From a virus (lineage: Duplodnaviria > Caudoviricetes), in the IMG/VR virus record IMGVR_UViG_3300024279_000014, positions 1 through 24,199 of that record: a stretch of 24,199 nt of DNA; one strand, 5' to 3'. Below the pieces are notes generated by a model. That model ran no database searches. It had not been told where the DNA came from and saw only the letters and a list, made by a program, of their open reading frames with translations. This document shows, one piece after another, positions 8,461-15,460 of the stretch (position 1 is the stretch's first letter; each line of letters opens with the position of its first letter). The position numbers and the translations under genes are program-made.

Positions 8461-8837
8461 GCAAGTTCCTCACGTCTCTGCTGATGGAGAACGCCACCGG
8501 CCTGGACGATGGGAGGTGGCGTCTGATGGCGCCGCTGATCTATGACTCGGATGTTGCAGGCAAGGTCATCGTCGTGCCGACCGGTTTCATCACCGATCTG
8601 GCGTCAGTACCGCGCGTGCCCATCGCGTACATGCTTGCTGGTGGAAGCAGCAACGAAGCATCAGTCGTGCATGACTACCTCTACTCGCAACACCTCGTTG
8701 ACCGCGCGACGGCTGACGCAGTGCTGCGCGAGGCCTCGGCGGTTACGGGCGTTCCAGCGTGGCGCCGCGCGATCATGTGGGCGGCAGTGCGCGCGTTTGG
8801 CGGCTCGCATTGGGATGAGAAGCCCATTGCGGCGTGA
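8457..8837 (+). CDS. DUF1353 family protein
   Basis: VPTGFITDLASVPR, ASVVHDYLY, RATADAVLREA and MWAAVRAFG motifs; ATGA coupling. Confidence 0.85.
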   Translation: MSKFLTSLLMENATGLDDGRWRLMAPLIYDSDVAGKVIVVPTGFITDLASVPRVPIAYMLAGGSSNEASVVHDYLYSQHLVDRATADAVLREASAVTGVPAWRRAIMWAAVRAFGGSHWDEKPIAA

Positions 8838-8846
8838 CAACAGTCT

Positions 8847-8875
8847 ATGGCCTGTATTTCTGTTTTACAGGCTAT
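8847..8875. terminator. Hairpin between convergent genes
   Basis: ATGGCCTGTA...TACAGGCTAT inverted repeat (one G-U pair); no clear U tract. Confidence 0.35.
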
Positions 8876-9180
8876 GGACTGTATTTAATCGCTGGCCGTC
8901 CGAGAGGAACGATAAACGAATCGATCTCGCTTTGCGCAAGCTGGTCCCGACCGCCAATGCACACGACGCGCCCGATTTCCGTCACTCCGCGTCCGTTGCC
9001 GGTCATGGCGAGTTTCATCCCATGGTAGTCGCCGACTCGATAGACAGTGGGTTCCGGTGCCCTGCCGAAAGTAAAACCTTGGGCGCACGCGGGTGCCTTT
9101 TGGCTGGTTTGAATGACAAGCAGATCACCCTCGGCTTCCAAGATTGATTGGAGCCGTGCGATATATTCAGACAGCTTCAT
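8872..9180 (-). CDS. Hypothetical protein (102 aa)
   Basis: GAGGAG RBS; MKLSEYIARLQSILEAEGDL N-terminus typical of small phage proteins. Confidence 0.7.
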   Translation of the reverse strand: MKLSEYIARLQSILEAEGDLLVIQTSQKAPACAQGFTFGRAPEPTVYRVGDYHGMKLAMTGNGRGVTEIGRVVCIGGRDQLAQSEIDSFIVPLGRPAIKYSP

Positions 9181-9213
9181 CCATTCTCCTCGGCCTGCCC
9201 GCAGGCAGCGCGT

Positions 9214-9843
9214 CTATTTTACCCTTCCAAACCCCAACGCCTCAGGCCTGCTGTAGCCAGCGTTCTTGATCTTAATCCAGTTGAGTGAACGGCCGCGCAT
9301 ATAGACAGACCATGTTCGCTTTGCCACCATCCCCTCGAAGTCGTGGCGTTGCACCTGCTCGAACACAAGCTCTCCGACGCCCTCAGCATGCGTCACATAG
9401 ACTAGGCGCGGCGTGTCGTCAAAGCTGTCGCGAAGCTGCTGTTTGCGCTCGAATAGTGGCCTGTCTCGGAGGTCGCGCGTCCCTGACGTGAGCATATCGA
9501 ACACGTACAGGCGCGCGGGGCACTTCCTGACGGCAGATGGGATGCTTCTGGGCGATATGGTTTTGGCCCGCTGCTGGAGTAATCCAAAATCGCCGCCGCG
9601 ACCAGCTCCGACCGCCAGTTCCGCATCCAATACGAAATCGCCTGGCACCGCAAAAACAGCCTTGACGACATCGGGAAACGACAGGTTGAACGGCTTACCC
9701 TCGCGGCTGATCAGATCCACTTGATCGCCGTGCTTTCTGACAAGGCATCTGAAGCCGTCGAATTTCCATTCGAACAGCCAGTCGTGGCTCGAGAACGGAC
9801 GCTTTTGCAGCGTCGAGTGCATCAGGTCGGTCGCTTCGATCAC
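9214..9843 (-). CDS. ATP-dependent DNA ligase, adenylation domain only
   Basis: Motifs I EWKFDGFR, III FVLDAEL, IIIa LYVFDML, IV FEGMVAK and V WIKIK. Start uncertain (GTG 9843, ATG 9822 or TTG 9912). Confidence 0.85.
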   Translation of the reverse strand: MIEATDLMHSTLQKRPFSSHDWLFEWKFDGFRCLVRKHGDQVDLISREGKPFNLSFPDVVKAVFAVPGDFVLDAELAVGAGRGGDFGLLQQRAKTISPRSIPSAVRKCPARLYVFDMLTSGTRDLRDRPLFERKQQLRDSFDDTPRLVYVTHAEGVGELVFEQVQRHDFEGMVAKRTWSVYMRGRSLNWIKIKNAGYSRPEALGFGRVK

Positions 9844-10010
9844 TTTCGCGACGCAAACACATAAGCTAGTTTCGCCCACGCATCGTCTCGCGGGCATCCC
9901 GTCAGGCTGCAAAAATGCTCAAAGTCATCGACCGGTGTATGGCCTAGGTCGTTCGGCGCGCCCGTCAACTCGGCCAGGATCGCCTCTGGATTTCCGTACT
10001 CGAACATGGC

Positions 10011-10226
10011 TCACCTCCTTGGGCGACCCTCAGCATTGTTCGGGCCCGATTCATCATCTGAACCGGTCGCCCGCGCGAACATCGCACATGCCTGCTCCGG
10101 ATTCGGCTTCACAGTCATGCGTCCGCCATATAGACACGTGATCGTGGTCGGGCGCGGATTCTCTACCTGCCAATGCTCGCACATCCAGCAGCTTCGCCCC
10201 TCAATCGGTTCCGTGAAAAGTCCCAT
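10011..10226 (-). CDS. Small Cys-rich protein (CxxC...C...C), LexA-box preceded
   Basis: AGGTG RBS; CWMC, TC and AC residues; SOS box 8 bp upstream of the ATG. Confidence 0.65.
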   Translation of the reverse strand: MGLFTEPIEGRSCWMCEHWQVENPRPTTITCLYGGRMTVKPNPEQACAMFARATGSDDESGPNNAEGRPRR

Positions 10227-10234
10227 TTCGACAC

Positions 10235-10250
10235 CTGTATATCCATACAG
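10235..10250. promoter_or_regulatory. LexA (SOS) box
   Basis: CTGT-ATATCCAT-ACAG matches CTGT-N8-ACAG with an AT-rich spacer. Candidate -10 TACCAT on the minus strand at 10257-10262. Confidence 0.85.
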
Positions 10251-10404
10251 TGGTCAATGGTACGCCTATCGCGGTTAGTGTGTGCCATAGGCCGATGCCA
10301 ATCCCAATAGCAACAAGGGTCTGCCGGGTGTCAAAAGTCTGCACAATGGCACATTTCGACGTGCACAACCTATTGTTTCATTTGCATTATCTGGCGCTCC
10401 GTTC

Positions 10405-10451
10405 GATAGGTTAATAACCTATCCGGGGTTCGAATCCCCGTCTCTCCGCCA
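10405..10451 (+). mobile_element. attP core: 3' half of a tRNA-Ser
   Basis: Long variable arm GATAGG-TTAATAA-CCTATC, T-arm CGGGG-TTCGAAT-CCCCG, acceptor strand TCTCTCC, discriminator G and CCA. No 5' half upstream; 75 bp from the integrase stop. Confidence 0.85.
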
Positions 10452-10483
10452 CCCTACACATAAGGCTTTGCGGCCTTTCCACA

Positions 10484-10511
10484 AACCCCGCTGTGCCATA
10501 AAAGCGGGGTT
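10484..10511. terminator. Hairpin downstream of integrase
   Basis: AACCCCGCT...AGCGGGGTT inverted repeat. Confidence 0.5.
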
Positions 10512-10525
10512 GTGCCATAGAATCG

Positions 10526-11578
10526 TCAGCGCAGCGGCCTTACGCGCTCCGGTTTTCTGCGATAAATCCTCTCGGTAACCTTGCCGTCGGCGTGCGCGAG
10601 CAACGCTTGCGCGTGCTCAAGCGTCTCCGCATCGCTGGCGCATTTCGCACGGAGATCGTGCTCGGTGAAGTGCTCTTTGACCTTCGTCTCGTCGAGCACG
10701 CGCCCCATGAAATTGCGCCACATCGTGTCCCATCCGCCGGCGCGCCCGGTGTCCTCGTTGAAGTAGCACTCGCCGCTCCGGTTGCAGAACAGCCACGGCG
10801 CGATCGAGACTGGCCGCGTCGATTTCGCCATGGCGACGGCTTCGCGCAGCTCGGTTGACCATTCGTAGATGAGCCGCTTCCCGGTCGAGCTTTCCGTCTT
10901 TCCCGGCGTCACGTGGATGCCGTCCTCTTGCAGGTCTGACATCGTCAGGCGCAACAGATCGCCGCGGCGCAGTCCAGTCAGCAGTTTGAGGCGCATGTAC
11001 GCCTGGATCGCGAGCACGCTGCCGCTCTTGCGGCGCGACTCCAGCGACAGGCATTCGATGATTTCCCAGTCTTCGACATAGCGCGTGCGCGGCTTCTCGC
11101 CATCAAGTCTCACCTCGCCCTTGAAGGGATGCTTGTCGAGGTAACCCCATTCGACAGCCTTCGTGTAGGCGTGGGATAGCACTTCGATTTCGCGGCGCGC
11201 GGCTGTCTTGGCTGATCGCTTGTCGACGTACTGGTAGATGTGGCGCGGCTTGAGCGAGGTCAGCGCTAGCGCGCCCATCACTGCGCGCAGGCGCTTGATC
11301 GCGACGGCGTTGTGCGCCTGAGTCGTGACTTCCTTCTTCGGCACGACCTCGAGCGAATAGCGCTCAAGCAGTTCGCCGATGGTCTTTGCATCGTCGAGTG
11401 AGCCCAGCCGTTCGGCCCAAACCTTGTAGGCTTCGGGCAACGACTTTCCGAGTCGGAATTGCTTCTTCCCGTCCCACGACGCTTCCAGGCCCTCGGGCAC
11501 GCGGTAGTAATAGGCCCCGTGGATGGTTCGCCAGCGAGCCGGAAGGCCCTTGTTTTCTTTGTTTCTGGCCTTCGGCAT
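10526..11578 (-). CDS. int: Tyrosine integrase
   Basis: Catalytic R (TGLRRGDL), K (PGKT), HxLR (HDLRAK), H (LAHAD) and Y (RIYRR); N-terminal arm-binding domain (YYYRVP); adjacent to att. Confidence 0.95.
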   Translation of the reverse strand: MPKARNKENKGLPARWRTIHGAYYYRVPEGLEASWDGKKQFRLGKSLPEAYKVWAERLGSLDDAKTIGELLERYSLEVVPKKEVTTQAHNAVAIKRLRAVMGALALTSLKPRHIYQYVDKRSAKTAARREIEVLSHAYTKAVEWGYLDKHPFKGEVRLDGEKPRTRYVEDWEIIECLSLESRRKSGSVLAIQAYMRLKLLTGLRRGDLLRLTMSDLQEDGIHVTPGKTESSTGKRLIYEWSTELREAVAMAKSTRPVSIAPWLFCNRSGECYFNEDTGRAGGWDTMWRNFMGRVLDETKVKEHFTEHDLRAKCASDAETLEHAQALLAHADGKVTERIYRRKPERVRPLR

Positions 11579-11800
11579 TTATGCTGCGCTCCAGTCCGGC
11601 ATTGCTTCGTTCTGCGCGCTGCTGTCGCCGGCGGCGCCGAGCTGCTGCTCGACGTGGCGACGCGAGACGACCAGACGGCCATCGGCGCGCACCTTGTGTT
11701 CGATTCCCATCGCGCGCAGCGCGGCTTCCTGCGAAGCGCGCTGACGGCGCCCGGTCAAGTCGACCAGTTCTTCGGGTGAGAGAAACATCGAATTGATCAT
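11579..11800 (-). CDS. DUF4224 family putative excisionase
   Basis: FLSPEELVDLTGRR-Q-ALRAMGI-RADGR-VV pattern; its stop abuts the int ATG. Confidence 0.85.
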   Translation of the reverse strand: MINSMFLSPEELVDLTGRRQRASQEAALRAMGIEHKVRADGRLVVSRRHVEQQLGAAGDSSAQNEAMPDWSAA

Positions 11801-11856
11801 CTGATGCTCCAGTTTCTGCGTGTGGTTTCGATTACTCGTTGTGCTGCTTCGGTCAT
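11797..11856 (-). CDS. 19-codon ORF (MTEAAQRVIETTRRNWSIR) coupled to excisionase
   Basis: Read manually. Starts in the 18-bp repeat and ends in an ATGA overlap with the DUF4224 start. Confidence 0.4.
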   Translation of the reverse strand: MTEAAQRVIETTRRNWSIR

Positions 11857-11866
11857 GCTAGGATTC
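11849..11866. repeat. 18-bp direct repeat copy 1, TCGGTCATGCTAGGATTC
   Basis: Exact match to 12621-12638. Contains an extended -10 (TG-C-TAGGAT) on + and ATGA on -. Confidence 0.9.
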
Positions 11867-11888
11867 GCGGAAAAATCGGAGGCCATGC

Positions 11889-12266
11889 ATGAATGACTTC
11901 ATCCACGAGCATAAAGTCGAGACGTATAAGTCGCTCATCACGATCTCCCTTGAGGCTTTCAAATACCTCGCGTTGTTGAACGGCGGCGCCGCTGCAGGCA
12001 TGCTGACGGGCATGGACCGCGTCGTATCCCTGATTGGCAAATCGGCTTTCCGAGAGTCGATGGTCTTTTTTGTTACCGGGCTCGCTTGCAGTGGACTGGC
12101 AATCATCCTTGCCTGGTGCACGCAATATCGACTGCACGCAGAAAACATTGGTCGAGCGAAATTGGATAGCCATAAATCGATCGTCAATGTTGCTTTGGTT
12201 TGCGTTGTTCTCAGCTTTGCGGCGTTTTGCATCGGCTCCCTGCATGCGGCTTTTAAGATTCATTGA
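11889..12266 (+). CDS. Moron 1: membrane protein (125 aa, about 3 TM)
   Basis: GGAGG RBS; opposite orientation to the operon; more AT-rich; hydrophobic segments (LALLNGGAAAGML etc.). Confidence 0.75.
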   Translation: MNDFIHEHKVETYKSLITISLEAFKYLALLNGGAAAGMLTGMDRVVSLIGKSAFRESMVFFVTGLACSGLAIILAWCTQYRLHAENIGRAKLDSHKSIVNVALVCVVLSFAAFCIGSLHAAFKIH

Positions 12267-12628
12267 GTGCTGGCTTGCTTCTCTGCGGATGCCGCGATAG
12301 CGCTCAAGGCGGCGTCCCATTCCTTTTGCATCTGCGCGAGCTTCTCGCAGAGTTGATTGTCGAGTTCCTCGCCAGTTCGCTGCGCCATGTTGAACATCGT
12401 GTTCGCCATGCGCGCGCCGGCCCGCTTCAAAGCTTCGAATCTCGCATCCTTCGCCATTGCGCTGTCAGCGACAGGGGCGGCGTAGAGCGGCGTAACGCGC
12501 CAGCCTTGGTTCTCGTAATGCTCGACGGTGGGCTTCTTCGAAGTGAGAAAGGCCAATGCAGGGCGCTCGCCCTCGGGGGATGCGCATTCCCACGCAACAG
12601 GCTTCAGACTCTTGATGTTGTCGGTCAT
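12260..12628 (-). CDS. Eaa/Ead-like early phage protein (122 aa)
   Basis: Start MTDNIKS at 12628 inside the repeat; PVAW...VTPLYAAP module typical of lambdoid early-left mosaic proteins. Confidence 0.7.
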   Translation of the reverse strand: MTDNIKSLKPVAWECASPEGERPALAFLTSKKPTVEHYENQGWRVTPLYAAPVADSAMAKDARFEALKRAGARMANTMFNMAQRTGEELDNQLCEKLAQMQKEWDAALSAIAASAEKQASTQ

Positions 12629-12638
12629 GCTAGGATTC
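12621..12638. repeat. 18-bp direct repeat copy 2, TCGGTCATGCTAGGATTC
   Basis: Exact match to 11849-11866. Confidence 0.9.
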
Positions 12639-12660
12639 CGACCGCTCGGAGAAGAAAAAC

Positions 12661-13299
12661 ATGGAAAGAGTTGTGTATCGGTACGCGACCTTGGTTCTGC
12701 TGGCAATTTGTGGTTTCTTGGCTTATGACTGCGTCCCATGGAAAAAAGTGGACGGACCGACATGGGCTGGCTGGGCGCAGGCGATCGGTAGCGTCGCGGC
12801 GATAGCGGTTGCGATGTGGCTTGCCACACGAGAAGACCGCCGAAGGTCTGCCGAAGCTATGTCCCTTGCGGTTGCAACCGGAGCAGCTCTCACGACTCGG
12901 CTCGCTATTGCGTCGATACAAGCCGAGCGCCAGTGGAAGAAACTTGCTTTCATGGCTAAGCATGACGCCGCCCCCAGTACTTTTGAGACTGCAAACGAGC
13001 AACTGTCGGCGATAGACATCGGAACGATCGACGACGTGAAGTCTTTGATTCCTCTTCCCGACGACGCTGCGTACAAACTGGCGGGAGCGCAAGACCGGCT
13101 TCTCGCCGTACGGCGCATGCTGAAAATGGCTTCTGAGAGCCGTGAAATTCTCGATAACTCCGAATTGAGAAAAGATTTCGCCGGTCAGTGTGAGTGGTTG
13201 CTTGGCGAACTGCGAGACCTTGTCGACAAGGTCCATAAGGAATGCGAGCAGGCCAGTCATGGCCGCGTCAGTTCTGGCTGGCCTTTCAACTTGAGCTAA
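12661..13299 (+). CDS. Moron 2: N-terminally membrane-anchored helical protein (212 aa)
   Basis: GGAG RBS; two TM segments including WAGWAQAIGSVAAIAVA, then a helical soluble domain; inverted orientation. Confidence 0.78.
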   Translation: MERVVYRYATLVLLAICGFLAYDCVPWKKVDGPTWAGWAQAIGSVAAIAVAMWLATREDRRRSAEAMSLAVATGAALTTRLAIASIQAERQWKKLAFMAKHDAAPSTFETANEQLSAIDIGTIDDVKSLIPLPDDAAYKLAGAQDRLLAVRRMLKMASESREILDNSELRKDFAGQCEWLLGELRDLVDKVHKECEQASHGRVSSGWPFNLS

Positions 13300-13328
13300 T
13301 TTCTGGCATACCGATGGAGATCTCATAT

Positions 13329-14423
13329 TTACGCTCCCGCATCGACGGCTGGCGCTTCCGGCGAGGGGGCGGCGGGCAGCGGCGAGTGCTTCGGTTTCGC
13401 GGCCTGCTTGGCGCGGATCGCTTCTACCTTCGTCCAGATGCGCGCTAGTTCCGTCTCGCCAGCCGCGTGCATGTCTTGGCCGCTCGCGAGGCACAACGCG
13501 GCGAGCGTGACCATTACGCCGCCGACTTCCTGATGAAGCTCACCGATGGGCCGGTCGAACGTGTAGTCAACGAGCTGGTGCGCTTCGCTGCGCGTCATGC
13601 CGTTGGCCTGAACGAGTTCGGTCGCTTCCTCGAAAAAGCGATGGTTGCGCTCGATACGATCTGCCGCGATTTCAGCGCCGAAGCATTCCATCATCCACGG
13701 CTGCACGCGCGCCTGAAACGGCAACGCCACCTCTGTCGGCGCAATGGCGTCGTCGAATACCGCCGTCGCAGTGTCATTGGGTTCCGGCCAGATCACGTCT
13801 CGCGCAATGGCGTCAGTCGCTTCGGTAGTGGCGAGTGCGGCGCGGGCGGATTCGCGAGTGACGATCTCGACCGCCTCGGCTTCGAGATTCTGAAGGCGTC
13901 GCAGTTCGTGCAGTACGCCGCCGATCGATTCCGCTTCACTCACGGTGATTCCGCGATCTTCGCTGTAGCTCAGCGACTGGCAGTCGGCGATACAGGCCAT
14001 AAGAGCGTGCCGGGCATAGGGGTTCACAACATTCTTTGTGTCATCAAGAAATGACGCATACGCTTCGATCTGCGCGCGGGTTTTCTCCGCGACAGCATCC
14101 AACTTTCGCGCCCATACCTTGTGAATATGCTTTCCCTTGTACTCATCCGCAGCCGGGTTATAGGTGCGAAGCTCGTGCGCGATGCGCTCAAGTTCCGACA
14201 CGTGCGCCTCCCGCTCTGCAATGGCCGCTGCGTCAGCGAGGGGGGTGGGAGTGGCGGCCCATGTGTTTAATTCCGTCGTTAGCGTCGTGATCGGGTCGTC
14301 GTTGCAGACAATTGCTGGTGCGTCGCGTAGCACCATCAGTTCGCGGATTTCATGCGGCTGTCCGTTGAGTGCTGCCAGAAGTTGGCGTAGCGCCTTCGCG
14401 TCCACTTCAATTCGTTCGTTCAT
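13329..14423 (-). CDS. Mosaic early protein with C-terminal MazG-like NTP pyrophosphohydrolase domain
   Basis: RFFEEATELVQA and ELHQEVGGVMVTLAALC resemble the EExxE...ExxD pattern (final Asp replaced by Gly); AAGGA RBS. Confidence 0.65.
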   Translation of the reverse strand: MNERIEVDAKALRQLLAALNGQPHEIRELMVLRDAPAIVCNDDPITTLTTELNTWAATPTPLADAAAIAEREAHVSELERIAHELRTYNPAADEYKGKHIHKVWARKLDAVAEKTRAQIEAYASFLDDTKNVVNPYARHALMACIADCQSLSYSEDRGITVSEAESIGGVLHELRRLQNLEAEAVEIVTRESARAALATTEATDAIARDVIWPEPNDTATAVFDDAIAPTEVALPFQARVQPWMMECFGAEIAADRIERNHRFFEEATELVQANGMTRSEAHQLVDYTFDRPIGELHQEVGGVMVTLAALCLASGQDMHAAGETELARIWTKVEAIRAKQAAKPKHSPLPAAPSPEAPAVDAGA

Positions 14424-14443
14424 GGTTGTCGTTGTCCTTGCGG

Positions 14444-15457
14444 TTAGATCAGGATCACTTCGCGAGCTGCGCGGATGAATTCCGCCGCTGCTTCCGCATT
14501 GATCGCGTTGCCGTAGGCGCGCAGTCGTCCCACGCGCGAGGGAGCCCCATCAGCCAGCGGGAATGTGCCGGGTTCAACTGGCCGCCACTTGCCATCTCGG
14601 CATAAGAGCCAATCAGCATCTCGCCAGAAGCCGTTAGTCGGGCCGGCTGCGGGTTCTCTTTGAGCAGCGCGACTGCGTGATTCAGCGTCAGGTTCTTGGT
14701 AGTGAATTGCGCCGCTGGCTTTCTCAATGCATCCGTCGCTGTGGGCATCGGCCATCCAGCCAGGCAAGCTGCTGCCGCGAGATCCGGACCGTGATTGCGC
14801 ATCGCCTCGATCAAGCCGCCCTCGAAGGTACGCACTCCCTTCTCCGCGAGCGCGGCCGTTGGCGTGGGCCAACCCGCCAACCACGCGACGCGGCCGAGCA
14901 GCGCGTTCAGCGGAACGTTCGCGCACTCGCTGCCGTCCTTGTGATCGCGCGTGGTGGGCGTGGGCCATCCAGAAAGCTCGATCGCGGATTCCCGGCGTGC
15001 CGACGCCCGCAGCCGGGAACGGCTGACACCCGAAGGCGTAGTCCAACGTTTCCACGTCAGCTTGTACAAGGTCGATCCAAGGGTCGACGTCCTTGCTCGC
15101 AACCTGCTCTCCAAAGACGATTGCAGGTCGGCACTCGCCGATGAGCCAGGAGAAGTCTGGCCAGAGATGCCGCTCATCATCAAACCCAAGGCCTTTGCCT
15201 GCCGCGCTGAAAGGTTGGCACGGACAGGAACCGGTCCAAACAGGTCGATCGTCAGGCCATTCAGCGAGTCGAAGCGCGTATGACCAGACACCGATTCCGG
15301 CGAAGAAATGGCACTGCGTGTAGCCTCGCAGGTCATCAGGTCGGACATCTTCAATGCTCCTTTCGTCTACGTCGCCCGGCGCGATGTGCCCGGCGGTTAT
15401 CAGGTTGCGCAGCCACTGCGCGGCGTATGGGTCGATCTCGTTGTAGTAAGCGGCCAT
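14444..15457 (-). CDS. C5 DNA cytosine methyltransferase, alpha chain (lacks motif IX)
   Basis: Motifs [33 protein letters not shown] and [10 protein letters not shown]. Confidence 0.92.
   Translation of the reverse strand: MAAYYNEIDPYAAQWLRNLITAGHIAPGDVDERSIEDVRPDDLRGYTQCHFFAGIGVWSYALRLAEWPDDRPVWTGSCPCQPFSAAGKGLGFDDERHLWPDFSWLIGECRPAIVFGEQVASKDVDPWIDLVQADVETLDYAFGCQPFPAAGVGTPGIRDRAFWMAHAHHARSQGRQRVRERSAERAARPRRVVGGLAHANGRARGEGSAYLRGRLDRGDAQSRSGSRGSSLPGWMADAHSDGCIEKASGAIHYQEPDAESRSRAAQREPAAGPTNGFWRDADWLLCRDGKWRPVEPGTFPLADGAPSRVGRLRAYGNAINAEAAAEFIRAAREVILI
14455..15354 (-). CDS. Overlapping alternative-frame methyltransferase beta chain (motif IX plus three WP(T/M)P modules)
   Basis: 299-codon same-strand ORF nested in the MTase; [15 protein letters not shown] is motif IX-like; EcoHK31I-type arrangement. 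True start uncertain. Confidence 0.75.
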   Translation of the reverse strand: MKMSDLMTCEATRSAISSPESVSGHTRFDSLNGLTIDLFGPVPVRANLSARQAKALGLMMSGISGQTSPGSSASADLQSSLESRLRARTSTLGSTLYKLTWKRWTTPSGVSRSRLRASARRESAIELSGWPTPTTRDHKDGSECANVPLNALLGRVAWLAGWPTPTAALAEKGVRTFEGGLIEAMRNHGPDLAAAACLAGWPMPTATDALRKPAAQFTTKNLTLNHAVALLKENPQPARLTASGEMLIGSYAEMASGGQLNPAHSRWLMGLPRAWDDCAPTATRSMRKQRRNSSAQLAK

Positions 15458-15460
15458 CTG

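Larger units (their letters stand above)
10281..10519. repeat. Integrase arm-type sites TGTGCCAT(A)
   Basis: Copies at 10281-10289, 10492-10500 and 10511-10519, plus an inverted copy AATGGCACA at 10345-10353; present on both sides of the tRNA-like core. Confidence 0.75.

Noticed and set aside
8852-8870. Second SOS box CTGT...ACAG
   Set aside because: The spacer is 11 bp, not 8; better explained as a hairpin stem.
8845-8886. 15-bp direct repeat CTATGG(C/A)CTGTATTT
   Set aside because: Only two copies, at a module junction; could be an insertion scar but no function can be supported.
10360-10451. Complete tRNA gene
   Set aside because: No 5' acceptor strand (GGAGAG-like), D-arm or anticodon arm upstream; only the 3' half is present, so it is called an att core.
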